A DNA stretch of 32,000 nucleotides from Turicibacter sp. TJ11 (GCF_021497505.1 NZ_CP069349.1:179861-211860), one strand, 5' to 3'. Positions 16,603 through 26,323 are shown, counted from the first letter of the stretch. Notes: generated by a model from the letters alone, not told the origin. Numbers and translations: made by a program.

Positions 16603-18582
16603 GTGGAAAATAACATCTCATTACAATCAATTAATGCAATTCGTACATTAGGTATTGATGCCATTAACAAGGCAAATTCGGGTCATCCAGGGGTTGTATT
16701 AGGGGCAGCACCAATGGCTTATACTTTATTTACAAAACATATGACTGTTAATCCAACAAACAGTAGTTGGTTTAATCGTGACCGTTTTGTATTAGCAGCA
16801 GGACATGGATCAATGTTACTTTATTCATTATTACATTTATCAGGATATAATGTGAGTATGGATGACATTAAACAATTTCGTCAGTGGGATTCTAAAACAC
16901 CAGGACATCCTGAGTTCGGGCACACAGACGGGGTTGATGCAACAAGTGGTCCTTTAGGTCAAGGAATTCCAATGGCAGTCGGAATGGCATTAGCTGAGAA
17001 GTTTTTAGCTAGTCGCTATAATAAGGAAGGATATCCATTAGTTGATCATTATAACTTTGTTATTTGTGGTGATGGTGACTTAATGGAAGGTGTCACAAGC
17101 GAAGCGTCATCATTAGCAGGACATTTAGGATTAGGAAAAGTGGTTGTTTTATACGACTCAAATGATATCTGTTTAGATGGTGATTTAACACAAAGTTTTA
17201 CAGAAGATGTATTAAAACGTTATGAATCTTATGGATGGCATGTTCAACGTGTAGAAGACGGAACAGATATTGAGGCAATTAATGCGGCAATTGAGTGTGC
17301 AAAACAAACAACAGATAAGCCATCAATCATTGAAGTTAAAACAGTGATTGGATATGGGTCAAAACTTCAAGGAACAAACGCTGTTCATGGAGCCCCATTA
17401 GGTGAAGAAGATAGTGCGCATGCAAAAACTCAATATGGATGGACACATGAACCATTTACTGTTCCAACAGAGGTGTATACACATTTTGAAGAAACAATTA
17501 AATCTCGTGGACAAGAAGCCAACAAACAATGGGATGAATTATTTGCACGTTATTCAAAAGAATATCCGGAATTAGCTGAAGAATTAACGAAAGCTATGAA
17601 CAATGAATTAATGGTTGATTTAGCTGACGTGATGCCTTCATATGAAATTGGACATTCACAAGCAACACGTGATACAAACAATGAAGCAATTAACGCGATT
17701 GCCTCTGTTATTCCTTACTTTTTAGGAGGATCAGCGGATCTTTCGCATTCTAATAAAACAAATATTAAAAATGGTGGAGATTTCTCAAAAGTAACACCAG
17801 ATGGTCGTAATATCTATTTTGGTGTTCGTGAATTCGCTATGGCTTCAATTTTAAACGGAATGATGTTACATGGTGGAGTACGTGTCTTTGGAGGAACATT
17901 CTTCGTATTCTGTGATTACTTAAAACCGGCAATGCGTATGGCCGCGTTAATGGGATTACCAGTCACTTACGTCTTAACACACGATTCAATTGCGGTTGGA
18001 GAAGATGGACCAACTCACGAACCAATCGAGCAATTAGCTATGTTACGTACGATTCCAAACTTCTCAGTCATCCGTCCAGCAGATGCGAATGAAACGGCAG
18101 CAGCTTGGCGTTTAGCTGTTGAGTCAAAATCAACACCAACTGCTTTAGTTTTAACTCGTCAAAACTTAACAACAATGGCTAATACTTCATATGAAGGTGT
18201 TAGCAAAGGGGCATATGTCGTTAGTGAAGCACAAGGTGAGATGGATGGAATTTTGATTGCAACAGGATCTGAAGTGAATTTAGCTGTTGCCGCTCAAGAA
18301 GCATTAGCTCAAGAAGGAATTTATGTTCGTGTTGTAAGTATGCCTTCAATGGACTTATTTGAAAAGCAAACAAAAGAGTATCGCGATTCAGTTCTTCCAA
18401 AATCAGTAACAAAACGTTTATCAATTGAAATGGGAGCAACATATGGATGGCATAAATATGTTGGATTCGATGGTGTTATTTTAGGGATTGACCGATTTGG
18501 AGCTTCAGCACCAGCTAACCAAGTGATTGAAGCTTACGGATTTACGGTAGAAAACGTTGTTTCTTTATATAAAGGAATGTAA
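16603..18582 (+). CDS. tkt: Transketolase
   Basis: 659 aa with SGHPG, the ThDP-binding GDGDLMEG...N motif, and TH(D)SI..GEDGPTH. GTG start 8 nt after AAGGAGG. Position after ynzC as in B. subtilis. Confidence 0.97.
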   Translation: MENNISLQSINAIRTLGIDAINKANSGHPGVVLGAAPMAYTLFTKHMTVNPTNSSWFNRDRFVLAAGHGSMLLYSLLHLSGYNVSMDDIKQFRQWDSKTPGHPEFGHTDGVDATSGPLGQGIPMAVGMALAEKFLASRYNKEGYPLVDHYNFVICGDGDLMEGVTSEASSLAGHLGLGKVVVLYDSNDICLDGDLTQSFTEDVLKRYESYGWHVQRVEDGTDIEAINAAIECAKQTTDKPSIIEVKTVIGYGSKLQGTNAVHGAPLGEEDSAHAKTQYGWTHEPFTVPTEVYTHFEETIKSRGQEANKQWDELFARYSKEYPELAEELTKAMNNELMVDLADVMPSYEIGHSQATRDTNNEAINAIASVIPYFLGGSADLSHSNKTNIKNGGDFSKVTPDGRNIYFGVREFAMASILNGMMLHGGVRVFGGTFFVFCDYLKPAMRMAALMGLPVTYVLTHDSIAVGEDGPTHEPIEQLAMLRTIPNFSVIRPADANETAAAWRLAVESKSTPTALVLTRQNLTTMANTSYEGVSKGAYVVSEAQGEMDGILIATGSEVNLAVAAQEALAQEGIYVRVVSMPSMDLFEKQTKEYRDSVLPKSVTKRLSIEMGATYGWHKYVGFDGVILGIDRFGASAPANQVIEAYGFTVENVVSLYKGM

Positions 18583-18592
18583 TAATTAACTT

Positions 18593-18626
18593 AAAGATTG
18601 TTTCCCTTTTGGAAACAATCTTTTTA
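18593..18626 (+). terminator. Rho-independent terminator of tkt
   Basis: AGATTGTTTCC/GGAAACAATCT 11-bp stem followed by T5. Confidence 0.85.
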
Positions 18627-18882
18627 TTATTTAGGTATTAAAAAAGTCATTTAGCCGCGAAGCGTGTATAGTTATTTCGTGTTAACTAAAAATAAGAGTG
18701 ATGATAGATTTTTCACGCTTAAAAAACTTTCAGCTACATGACTATTTAACTATTAAAGTCATTAATGAATGAAGTTGGTATCCAATGACGAAAAACATTT
18801 GTGCTTTTATAAAGATCATCATTTTAATTTAAAAACGTTATCAAATAGTGTGTGTCAGGGTAGGGGTTTCGCCTATAATCAC

Positions 18883-18911
18883 TTGACAGATTGACCATAA
18901 TCTAGTATAAA
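18883..18911 (+). promoter_or_regulatory. Candidate sigmaA promoter of yneF (TTGACA-17-TATAAA)
   Basis: TTGACA at 18883-18888 and TATAAA at 18906-18911, separated by a 17-nt spacer. Confidence 0.55.
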
Positions 18912-18964
18912 TTGAATATAATAGTGGTCTATTGAATAGTAAAATATGTTTGGAGGAAATAGAT

Positions 18965-19186
18965 ATGTTAACGAACTGGTTATTCTGGTTATGGATTATT
19001 ATCGCCTTATTAGTAGGAGCCGTTGTTGGATTTTTTGTTGCCCAACGTCAATTAAAAAAATATTTACAAAAAAATCCACCTATCAATGAAGAAGTGGTTC
19101 GTACAATGATGATGCAAATGGGACGCACACCTTCTCAAAAACAAATTAACCAAGTAATGAAACAAATTAACCAAAATATGAAGTAA
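18965..19186 (+). CDS. yneF: UPF0154/YneF family small membrane protein
   Basis: 73 aa from the ATG at 18965 (GGAGG 7 nt upstream). It has an N-terminal TM helix followed by KKYLQKNPPINEE..R.MMMQMG..PSQK.INQ, very close to B. subtilis YneF. Confidence 0.88.
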   Translation: MLTNWLFWLWIIIALLVGAVVGFFVAQRQLKKYLQKNPPINEEVVRTMMMQMGRTPSQKQINQVMKQINQNMK

Positions 19187-19194
19187 GAACTAGT

Positions 19195-19239
19195 AAAGCA
19201 TTGAAGTGATCAAAAGTCATTTAATGCTTTTTCTTTTTT
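19195..19239 (+). terminator. Probable terminator of yneF (imperfect stem plus T-rich tail)
   Basis: AAAGCATTGAAGTGA...TCATTTAATGCTTT pairs with two bulges and is followed by TTTTCTTTTTT. Confidence 0.55.
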
Positions 19240-19305
19240 AAAACTTTTGATAGCTAATTAACATCATTAATGATTAGGCTCTTTCTTATTAAAATGAAGA
19301 CAAAT

Positions 19306-19330
19306 AAAAAGAGCCGAAACGGCTCTTTTT
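19306..19330 (-). terminator. Terminator of the plsY/Spo0E-like operon (structurally bidirectional)
   Basis: AAAAAGAGCCG-AAA-CGGCTCTTTTT; GC-rich 6-bp core flanked by A5 and T5. Confidence 0.8.
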
Positions 19331-19331
19331 A

Positions 19332-19520
19332 TTATAATTGATGTTTGTGTGTCATATATTCATTAACAACAACGTCAAGTTCCTGGCTTTTAGCAACGGT
19401 TAATTCATGAACCATCCCAAAATTTTTAACTAACTCATGTAATTCAGCTTTTATTTTTGTAATTCGATCATAAAGCATTTTTGTTTCAGTTGATGTTGTT
19501 GAAAAAGTAGTTGCTTTCAT
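19332..19520 (-). CDS. Spo0E-family sporulation regulatory protein-aspartate phosphatase (YnzD-like)
   Basis: 62 aa helical hairpin protein with the Spo0E signature SQELD (..AKSQELDVVVNEY). Strong RBS GGGGGGAG. In B. subtilis the Spo0E paralog ynzD lies in the same yneF neighbourhood. Confidence 0.85.
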   Translation of the reverse strand: MKATTFSTTSTETKMLYDRITKIKAELHELVKNFGMVHELTVAKSQELDVVVNEYMTHKHQL

Positions 19521-19546
19521 TTGGCTCCCCCCTGAAAGATTTCTTC

Positions 19547-20131
19547 TTAGAAGAATGAAACTTTATTCTCTGTTCCGTTTAAAATACGTTTATAATTTGG
19601 AATATGCTTCACAATAATAAGTGCAGCAAAGATTGAAAGCATTACTCGTGCAGTTAAGTCATAAGGTCCACACCATATAATAATAACAGCAGCAATAGAA
19701 ATGATCGTTGATGATAAAGATACCATTTTCCAAATCTTAAGAGTAATAACGAAAATAACAAAGAGTGTCAAAAACAGTAGTGGAGAGTAAAATAATATAA
19801 TCCCTGCACTTGTAGCAACTGCTTTTCCACCTTTGAAATTAGCGAAAATTGGATAAATATGACCGACTAAAGCAAAGACAGCAATAAATAAAGGTGAAAT
19901 AGTCGCTCCGCCATAACTAGCGATTAAGAAGGCTAGTCCCCCTTTTAAAATGTCTAGAATAAAAACAATTGATCCACCTTTTTTACCTAAAATACGAAAT
20001 GCATTTGTGCTTCCTAGGTTTCCAGATCCATAGTTACGAATATCTTTTTGATAAAATGTTTTCCCAATGACTAATGCAGAAGGGAATGATCCTAATAAAT
20101 AGGCTATAATGATTAAAGCTATATTTATCAT
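19547..20131 (-). CDS. plsY: Glycerol-3-phosphate acyltransferase PlsY (acyl-phosphate dependent)
   Basis: 194 aa polytopic protein with GSGN.G.TN and the conserved KGGKAVAT motif. RBS AAGGAGGA. Divergent from parE as in B. subtilis (yneS). Confidence 0.95.
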   Translation of the reverse strand: MINIALIIIAYLLGSFPSALVIGKTFYQKDIRNYGSGNLGSTNAFRILGKKGGSIVFILDILKGGLAFLIASYGGATISPLFIAVFALVGHIYPIFANFKGGKAVATSAGIILFYSPLLFLTLFVIFVITLKIWKMVSLSSTIISIAAVIIIWCGPYDLTARVMLSIFAALIIVKHIPNYKRILNGTENKVSFF

Positions 20132-20379
20132 GTAAATCCTCCTTTTTTGTAGAAATATTATAGCATATAGGAGAAAGATATTAGGTGAAATTACAAAAAA
20201 AAAATAAAAAACTTAATTTTCGACATATTTCACGGTGTAATTCGTAATCTAATTAATGTATAATACTTTTATTTTGTACGGAAATAAAAACATCAGTTCG
20301 TAATTTATAAAAATAATATCTTTTATTCTGCGTTAAAATCTTTTAAAATGAGATAATGGAAAGAGAAAGGAGTGTCATC

Positions 20380-22314
20380 ATGTCGACGCACTTAAATTAT
20401 AACGAAGATTCGATACAGGTACTTGAAGGATTAGAAGCAGTACGCAAAAGACCTGGGATGTATATTGGTTCGACAGATAGTCGAGGATTACATCATCTCG
20501 TTTATGAAATTGTTGATAATGCTATTGATGAAGTTTTAGCCGGATACGGTAATCATATAAAAGTTACTATTCATGAAAATAATAGTATTAGTGTCCAAGA
20601 CAGTGGGCGTGGAATTCCAACAGGAATGCATAAGTCTGGAAAACCAACTCCAGAAGTTATTTATACGGTCTTACATGCTGGTGGAAAGTTTGGTACAGGT
20701 GGTTATAAAACGTCAGGTGGGTTACACGGTGTAGGGGCTAGTGTTGTCAACGCCTTATCTGAATGGTTAGAAGTGACAATCAAACGTGATGGAGTCATTT
20801 ATCGTCAACGTTTTGAAAAAGGAGGCCATCCTGTTACTGGGTTAGAGGTGATAGGAAAGACTAAAGAAACAGGAACATTAGTCACATTTAAGCCAGATCC
20901 AGAAATTTTTTCGACAACGGTCTATTCTTTTGATATATTAAGTGAACGTTTACGCGAATCTGCGTTTTTATTAAAAGGACTTAAAATTGAACTTATTGAC
21001 TTACGTAATGATAAAGAAGAATCCTTTTATTATGAAGATGGAATTAAGTCATTTGTTAGTTATTTAAACGAAGGTAAAGATACGTTACACGAAGTGGTTT
21101 ATTTTGAAGGGGAAAGTCAAGAAATTGAAGTTGATTTTGCGTTTCAATATTCAGCGAGTTATTCAGAAAATATTTTATCTTTTGTTAATAATGTTCGTAC
21201 CAAAGATGGTGGGACGCATGAAACAGGTGCAAAAGCTGTTTTAACGCGTATTTTTAACGATTATGCTCGTCGTAATGGATTACTGAAAGAAAAAGATAAA
21301 AATTTAGAAGGTGCTGATATTCGTGAAGGATTATCAGCAATTGTATCTGTTCGTATTCCAGAAGCTTTATTGCAATTTGAAGGTCAAACAAAGGCAAAGC
21401 TTGGGACACAAGAAGCTCGTTCAGCAGTGGATAACGTAATTGCTGAGAAATTAACGTTCTTCTTTGAGGAAAATGGTGCGGTAGCGACGCAGTTAGTTAA
21501 AAAAGCGTTGAAAGCGGCACAAGCACGCGAAGCAGCACGTAAAGCACGTGAAGAGGCACGTACAGGTAAAACAAAAAAGAAAAAAGAAACGAATTTATCA
21601 GGAAAGTTAACACCTGCTCAAACAAAAAATCCTCAAAAAAACGAACTGTTTTTAGTCGAAGGGGATTCAGCGGGTGGATCAGCAAAACTAGGTCGTAATC
21701 GTGCCTTTCAAGCGATTCTTCCGTTACGAGGAAAAGTCATTAATACGGAAAAAGCTAAGATCGAAGATATCTTTAAAAACGAAGAAATTAATACAATGAT
21801 TTATACCATTGGTGCAGGTGTGGGTCCAAACTTTGAATTAAATGATGTCAACTACGATAAAATCATTATCATGACCGATGCCGATACAGATGGTGCTCAT
21901 ATTCAAGTGTTATTACTGACGTTCTTCTTCCGCTACATGAAGGAACTAGTAGAGGCAGGGAAAGTTTATATTGCGTTACCGCCACTTTATAAAGTTTCAA
22001 AGGGACAAGGTAAAAAACAGGTTATTGAATATGCATGGACAGATGAAGAGTTAGGTGAAGTTATTTCTAAGGTTGGAAAAGGTTATACCCTTCAACGTTA
22101 TAAAGGTCTTGGTGAGATGAACGCTGACCAGTTATGGGATACGACTATGAATCCTGAAACGCGCACATTAATTCAAGTAACCATTGAAGATGCTGCAGAT
22201 GCTGATCACCGAGTGACGACACTCATGGGAGATAAAGTTGAACCACGTCGTGAATGGATTGAGCAAAATGTCGACTTTACCATGGAAGATGATTATGATA
22301 TAGAGAGGGTGTAA
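20380..22314 (+). CDS. parE: DNA topoisomerase IV subunit B
   Basis: GHKL ATPase and Toprim motifs (LEGLEAVRKRPGMYIGS, EGDSAGG, DADTDGAHI). Called ParE rather than GyrB from the plsY<>parE-parC synteny and the GyrA-box-less partner. The ATG at 20380 lies 7 nt after AAAGGAG. Confidence 0.9.
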   Translation: MSTHLNYNEDSIQVLEGLEAVRKRPGMYIGSTDSRGLHHLVYEIVDNAIDEVLAGYGNHIKVTIHENNSISVQDSGRGIPTGMHKSGKPTPEVIYTVLHAGGKFGTGGYKTSGGLHGVGASVVNALSEWLEVTIKRDGVIYRQRFEKGGHPVTGLEVIGKTKETGTLVTFKPDPEIFSTTVYSFDILSERLRESAFLLKGLKIELIDLRNDKEESFYYEDGIKSFVSYLNEGKDTLHEVVYFEGESQEIEVDFAFQYSASYSENILSFVNNVRTKDGGTHETGAKAVLTRIFNDYARRNGLLKEKDKNLEGADIREGLSAIVSVRIPEALLQFEGQTKAKLGTQEARSAVDNVIAEKLTFFFEENGAVATQLVKKALKAAQAREAARKAREEARTGKTKKKKETNLSGKLTPAQTKNPQKNELFLVEGDSAGGSAKLGRNRAFQAILPLRGKVINTEKAKIEDIFKNEEINTMIYTIGAGVGPNFELNDVNYDKIIIMTDADTDGAHIQVLLLTFFFRYMKELVEAGKVYIALPPLYKVSKGQGKKQVIEYAWTDEELGEVISKVGKGYTLQRYKGLGEMNADQLWDTTMNPETRTLIQVTIEDAADADHRVTTLMGDKVEPRREWIEQNVDFTMEDDYDIERV

Positions 22315-22317
22315 TAG

Positions 22318-24726
22318 ATGGACAAAGCTACCCAAGAACGTGTGCAAGTCATGCGTTTAGAAGACATTATGGGTGATCGTTTTGGACGTTACTCAAAATA
22401 TATTATTCAAGATCGTGCATTACCAGATGTGCGAGATGGACTAAAACCCGTTCAACGTCGTATTTTATATGCGATGTATAAAGAAGGAAACACATATGAA
22501 AAACCATTCCGTAAATCAGCTAAAACGGTTGGTAATGTAATTGGTAACTATCATCCGCATGGAGATACTTCGGTTTACGATGCGATGGTACGTTTATCTC
22601 AAGATTGGAAAGTTAGAGATCCACTTGTTCAAATGCATGGAAACAACGGGAGTATCGATGGAGATCCCGCTGCTGCGATGCGTTATACAGAGGCTCGTTT
22701 ATCAGCGATTTCTGGGTTATTATTAAAAGACATTGAAAAAAATTTAGTTGATTTTATTCCAAACTTTGATGATTCAATGACAGAACCAACGGTTTTACCT
22801 GCCTTTTTCCCTAATTTATTAGTGAATGGTGCAACTGGGATTTCAGCGGGATATGCCACAGATATTCCACCACACAACTTAGGTGAAATCATTGATGCTG
22901 TTATTTATCGAATGAATCATAAACAATGTGGATTAGATGATGTTTTAACGTTTGTTCAAGGACCTGATTTTCCAACAGGTGCTATTATTCAAGGGGAACA
23001 AGAGATTAAAAAAGCATATACCACAGGAAAAGGGCGTATCGTTGTTCGCTCAAAAACTGAAATTGAACCGATTCGTGGTGGACGTGAGCAAATTGTTGTC
23101 ACTGAAATTCCATATGAAGTCAATAAGGCTAACTTAGTTAAAAAGATTGATGATCTTCGCATTGATAAAAAAGTTGAAGGAATTATGGAAGTTCGCGATG
23201 AGACGGATCGAAATGGATTACGTGTTGTTATCGAATTGAAAAAAGATGTTAAGTCAGAAACGGTATTAAATTACTTATTTAAAAATACTGATTTGCAGAT
23301 TTCATATAACATTAATATGGTCGCTATTTACAACAAACGTCCGTTATTAATGGGGTTATTAGAGTTAATAGATGCTTACATTCAACATCAAAAAGAAGTT
23401 GTGACTAACCGTTCAAATTTTGAACTGAAAAAAGCACGTGAACGTCAACATATTGTTGAAGGATTAATTAAAATGGTATCTGTACTAGACGAAGTGGTTC
23501 GAATCATTCGTCAATCAAAAGATAAGTCAGATGCTAAGAAAAATTTAATTCAAGCGTTTGATTTTAGTGAGCGTCAAGCGGAAGCAATCGTCATGTTACA
23601 GCTATATCGCTTAACAAATACCGATGTCACAGCGCTTGAAAAGGAAAACGAAGAATTAAATGAAACGATCGAGCGCTTAATGTCAATTCTAAGTAGTGAA
23701 ACTAACCTATTAAAAGTGATTCAAAATGAGTTAAAATCAGTGAAGAAACAGTTTGAAACACCACGTCGTAGTGTCATTGAAAAACATATTCAAGAAATTA
23801 AAATTGACGAAACGGATATGATCGTTAAAGAAGATGTCATGGTGGCCGTTACAAAGGATGGATATGTTAAACGTACAAGTTTACGTTCATATAACGCGAC
23901 GAAATCAGATATCCCAGCGATGAAAGATGGAGACGAATTAGTAGCTAAACTTCAATTAGATACATTACAAACGTTGGTGATGTTTACAAATAGAGGAAGT
24001 TTTATCTACTTGCCAGTCTATAAACTACCAGATTTTAAATGGAAAGATATTGGTCAGCACGTTTCAAACCTAGTTACCATTGACTCAGAAGAAAAAATTA
24101 TTGCAGTTTATGCTGTTTCTGATTTTAAAACAGAAGAGTATTTCTTCTTCACGACTAAAAACGGAATGATTAAAAAGACGCGTTTAAGTGATTTTGAAGT
24201 TTCACGTTATCATCGGGCAATGGTTGCGATGTCAGTCAAAGAAGATGATGAATTAATGTCTGTCATCCGTTGTACATTTATGAATGATGTGATCATGGTT
24301 ACTAAAAAAGGATATCTGTTAAAATTCAGTGATGATGAAATTACTCCAACCGGACTTAAAGCGATGGGAATCAAGGGAATTCAAATTGGGGCTGATGACG
24401 AATTAATTAAAGTTATTTTGGCATCTGTTAATGATGAGTTATTATTTGTAACGCAACGCGGAAATGTTAAAAAATTAAAGGTAAAAGATATTGCCTTATC
24501 GACGCGTAATAAAAAAGGATGTTTAGGAATCAAAGCTATTAAATCAAATCCTCATCAATTTGTTGATTGTTTAAAAGTTTCACCTAAACAAGACATCTCC
24601 ATTGTCACGATGGATGGAACAACTAAGCTCAATACAGCGTTATTAAAACCTGTTGATTTAAATTCAGTGGGAACAAATATGGTTGATTCACCTGTTCTTA
24701 AATTTATGATTGAAGATACCGAATAA
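22318..24726 (+). CDS. parC: DNA topoisomerase IV subunit A
   Basis: 802 aa with DGLKPVQRRILY and the catalytic AAMRYTE(A)RL. I saw no GyrA-box (QRRGGKG-like) in the C-terminal domain. Confidence 0.9.
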   Translation: MDKATQERVQVMRLEDIMGDRFGRYSKYIIQDRALPDVRDGLKPVQRRILYAMYKEGNTYEKPFRKSAKTVGNVIGNYHPHGDTSVYDAMVRLSQDWKVRDPLVQMHGNNGSIDGDPAAAMRYTEARLSAISGLLLKDIEKNLVDFIPNFDDSMTEPTVLPAFFPNLLVNGATGISAGYATDIPPHNLGEIIDAVIYRMNHKQCGLDDVLTFVQGPDFPTGAIIQGEQEIKKAYTTGKGRIVVRSKTEIEPIRGGREQIVVTEIPYEVNKANLVKKIDDLRIDKKVEGIMEVRDETDRNGLRVVIELKKDVKSETVLNYLFKNTDLQISYNINMVAIYNKRPLLMGLLELIDAYIQHQKEVVTNRSNFELKKARERQHIVEGLIKMVSVLDEVVRIIRQSKDKSDAKKNLIQAFDFSERQAEAIVMLQLYRLTNTDVTALEKENEELNETIERLMSILSSETNLLKVIQNELKSVKKQFETPRRSVIEKHIQEIKIDETDMIVKEDVMVAVTKDGYVKRTSLRSYNATKSDIPAMKDGDELVAKLQLDTLQTLVMFTNRGSFIYLPVYKLPDFKWKDIGQHVSNLVTIDSEEKIIAVYAVSDFKTEEYFFFTTKNGMIKKTRLSDFEVSRYHRAMVAMSVKEDDELMSVIRCTFMNDVIMVTKKGYLLKFSDDEITPTGLKAMGIKGIQIGADDELIKVILASVNDELLFVTQRGNVKKLKVKDIALSTRNKKGCLGIKAIKSNPHQFVDCLKVSPKQDISIVTMDGTTKLNTALLKPVDLNSVGTNMVDSPVLKFMIEDTE

Positions 24727-24761
24727 AAAAATCGATTCTCTTATGAGAATCGATTTTTTTA
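24727..24761 (+). terminator. Rho-independent terminator of parEC
   Basis: ATCGATTCTC/GAGAATCGAT perfect 10-bp stem (24731-24740/24745-24754) followed by T7. Confidence 0.85.
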
Positions 24762-24845
24762 TTGGCTTTTAGGTACTAGTAAGTGTCGATTAGATAACTT
24801 TTTATTGTTATTTTAAAATTATGAGAAGCATTCTTAAGGAAATAT

Positions 24846-24874
24846 TCATATTCATAAGTGTTGACTCATACAAT
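24846..24874 (+). promoter_or_regulatory. SigmaE-type (mother-cell) promoter upstream of yqfC-yqfD: TCATATT-N14-CATACAAT
   Basis: TCATATT at 24846-24852 and CATACAAT at 24867-24874. This matches the B. subtilis sigmaE consensus (ATA-N16-CATACA-T). yqfCD is a sigmaE operon in B. subtilis. Confidence 0.6.
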
Positions 24875-24918
24875 CTTATGAGTATATGAAGAGTAAAGAC
24901 AAAAATGATGGTGATAAA

Positions 24919-25188
24919 ATGGAAATGGTTAATAAAGTTGAATCATTAATCTTTAAGCAAGCTTTGAATTATCCGCTTATTCAGCTCATACAAAATAAAA
25001 CCGTCATTGTAAATGATCGTTGTACGGTAGAACATTTCACAGAGGAGTCTTGTATTTTAAAGACCCCTGATCATAAATATATGATTTTAGGGGTTAATTT
25101 GCGGATTAAAGAGTACGGTGATTTAGTCATTAGAATTGAAAGTGATAGCATAAAAAAAATAGAAATAGTCGGTGATAAGAATGAATAA
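24919..25188 (+). CDS. yqfC: Sporulation protein YqfC
   Basis: Small protein directly upstream of yqfD, overlapping it by 8 nt. The central block aligns with YqfC (..P.I.LI.N..V.V......VE.F.EE...L). The start is uncertain (24919 or 24925, both after GGTGA). The track start at 24886 lies only about 5 nt from the predicted TSS. Confidence 0.75.
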   Translation: MEMVNKVESLIFKQALNYPLIQLIQNKTVIVNDRCTVEHFTEESCILKTPDHKYMILGVNLRIKEYGDLVIRIESDSIKKIEIVGDKNE

Positions 25189-26311
25189 CAAATGGTTAAG
25201 TATCTTCATTGCAAAAGTTCAAATTTTAGTGCCTTCTATGCGAGAAGTCACCCAACTCAGACAACAAAAAATTATGATTTATGGAATTAAAAAACATTCA
25301 GATGGCTATTTGGTTACAATCCGTAAGGATGTAGCCAAAGAGCTAGAAATGCAATATCCTATCGTATTAGAACTATCGATTTACCCTTCATTATTAAAGG
25401 TGATTGTTCCAATTGCTGTATTAACTTGTTTCTTGATGATTTTAATGAATAATCACACGATTGGTTATCGTGTCGATGGAAACTTAAACACTCAGGAACA
25501 AGAAGTTTTAGAGTCTTTATTAGAACCACACTTTAAACAAGTTGGCCCTTTTTACTTTTTAAAGAGTGATCTTTCAGATATAAAATCAGAGCTTAGTGAT
25601 TACTATAATGAGTATGTTTGGATTAATGTTTATCGTAAAGGAACTGATGTTATCGTTGAGGTTTACAATACACCTGTTGATGAAAGAGATAACTTAGACG
25701 GCTATACGGATACACTATATGCCAAGCGTTCAGGACTGATTAAAAATTATAAAGTTTCAAGTTGCCGAGTCTTAGTTGAGCAAAACCAAGTGGTTAAAGC
25801 AGGCGATCCATTAGTCACTTGTTATGTTGAACAACCATATACGACAGAAATTATTCCAATTGACGATACTGCTAAAGGAGAAGTTTGGGCGGATACTTGG
25901 TATGAAGCAACTATCACAGCAGAAAAAAGTTATGTGGAAGAAGGATATACTGCTAATAAACAAACCGCTTATGTTTTACATTTAGGTGGAATGGAATTTA
26001 CATTTCCGACCAAAGAGTTGCCTTATGAAAAATATGAAGAGGTTAACAAACAGTATAATCCGCTATTTTTCATGAAAGAATCGCCCCTTTATTTAGAAAA
26101 AAAGCAATATTATGAAAAAAGTGATATAATAAAAGTAAACACTTCTGATGAATTAAAAGCAAATCTTCTGACACTTGTTAAAAATTCTTTTAAAGAACAA
26201 ACAGATGGTGAGTTTATCATAAAAAATTTGGAGATAATAACAGAAGAAGAGACAGAGACACAATTTATTTTTAAGTGTCATCTGACGATATACGAAAATA
26301 TTGCCTATTAG
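25181..26311 (+). CDS. yqfD: Sporulation protein YqfD (stage IV-type sporulation membrane protein)
   Basis: The N-terminus MNNKWLSIFIAKVQILV matches B. subtilis YqfD MKNKWLSFFSGKVQLEL. A central TM segment is present. About 376 aa. Confidence 0.88.
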   Translation: MNNKWLSIFIAKVQILVPSMREVTQLRQQKIMIYGIKKHSDGYLVTIRKDVAKELEMQYPIVLELSIYPSLLKVIVPIAVLTCFLMILMNNHTIGYRVDGNLNTQEQEVLESLLEPHFKQVGPFYFLKSDLSDIKSELSDYYNEYVWINVYRKGTDVIVEVYNTPVDERDNLDGYTDTLYAKRSGLIKNYKVSSCRVLVEQNQVVKAGDPLVTCYVEQPYTTEIIPIDDTAKGEVWADTWYEATITAEKSYVEEGYTANKQTAYVLHLGGMEFTFPTKELPYEKYEEVNKQYNPLFFMKESPLYLEKKQYYEKSDIIKVNTSDELKANLLTLVKNSFKEQTDGEFIIKNLEIITEEETETQFIFKCHLTIYENIAY

Positions 26312-26323
26312 AGGAGCTGAATT

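Noticed and set aside
16446-16670. 74-aa minus-strand ORF spanning the tkt promoter and start
   Set aside because: It overlaps the tkt RBS and start. Its AT-rich, low-complexity translation has no RBS and no recognisable homology.
18221-18442. 73-aa minus-strand ORF inside tkt; similar shadows in parE (21497..21685) and parC (22541..22726, 22683..22892, 22952..23137)
   Set aside because: They are embedded in conserved CDSs and lack start signals.
8131-18876. Shared 11-mer GTTTCGCCTAT (8131-8141 and 18866-18876) in the two long ORF-free gaps, each about 100 nt upstream of the next gene
   Set aside because: With about 8 kb of two-stranded AT-rich spacer, tens of chance 11-mer pair matches are expected. 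Flanking similarity (GGTTAG vs GGGTAG) is weak. This is not enough to call a repeat family.
16556-20223. TTCGACA (reverse complement of the Spo0A 0A-box TGTCGAA) in the tkt promoter spacer (16556-16562) and upstream of parE/plsY (20217-20223); both lie within a shared AATTTTCGACA 11-mer that partly resembles a CodY box
   Set aside because: Several chance occurrences of a 7-mer are expected in 32 kb. The CodY match is only about 10-11 of 15. No supporting context was seen.
20356-24726. Possibility that this pair is gyrB/gyrA rather than parE/parC
   Set aside because: The divergent plsY neighbour matches the B. subtilis plsY<>parE-parC locus. There is no dnaA/dnaN/recF context, and the A subunit has no visible GyrA-box in its C-terminal domain. 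Only a phylogenetic placement would be decisive.
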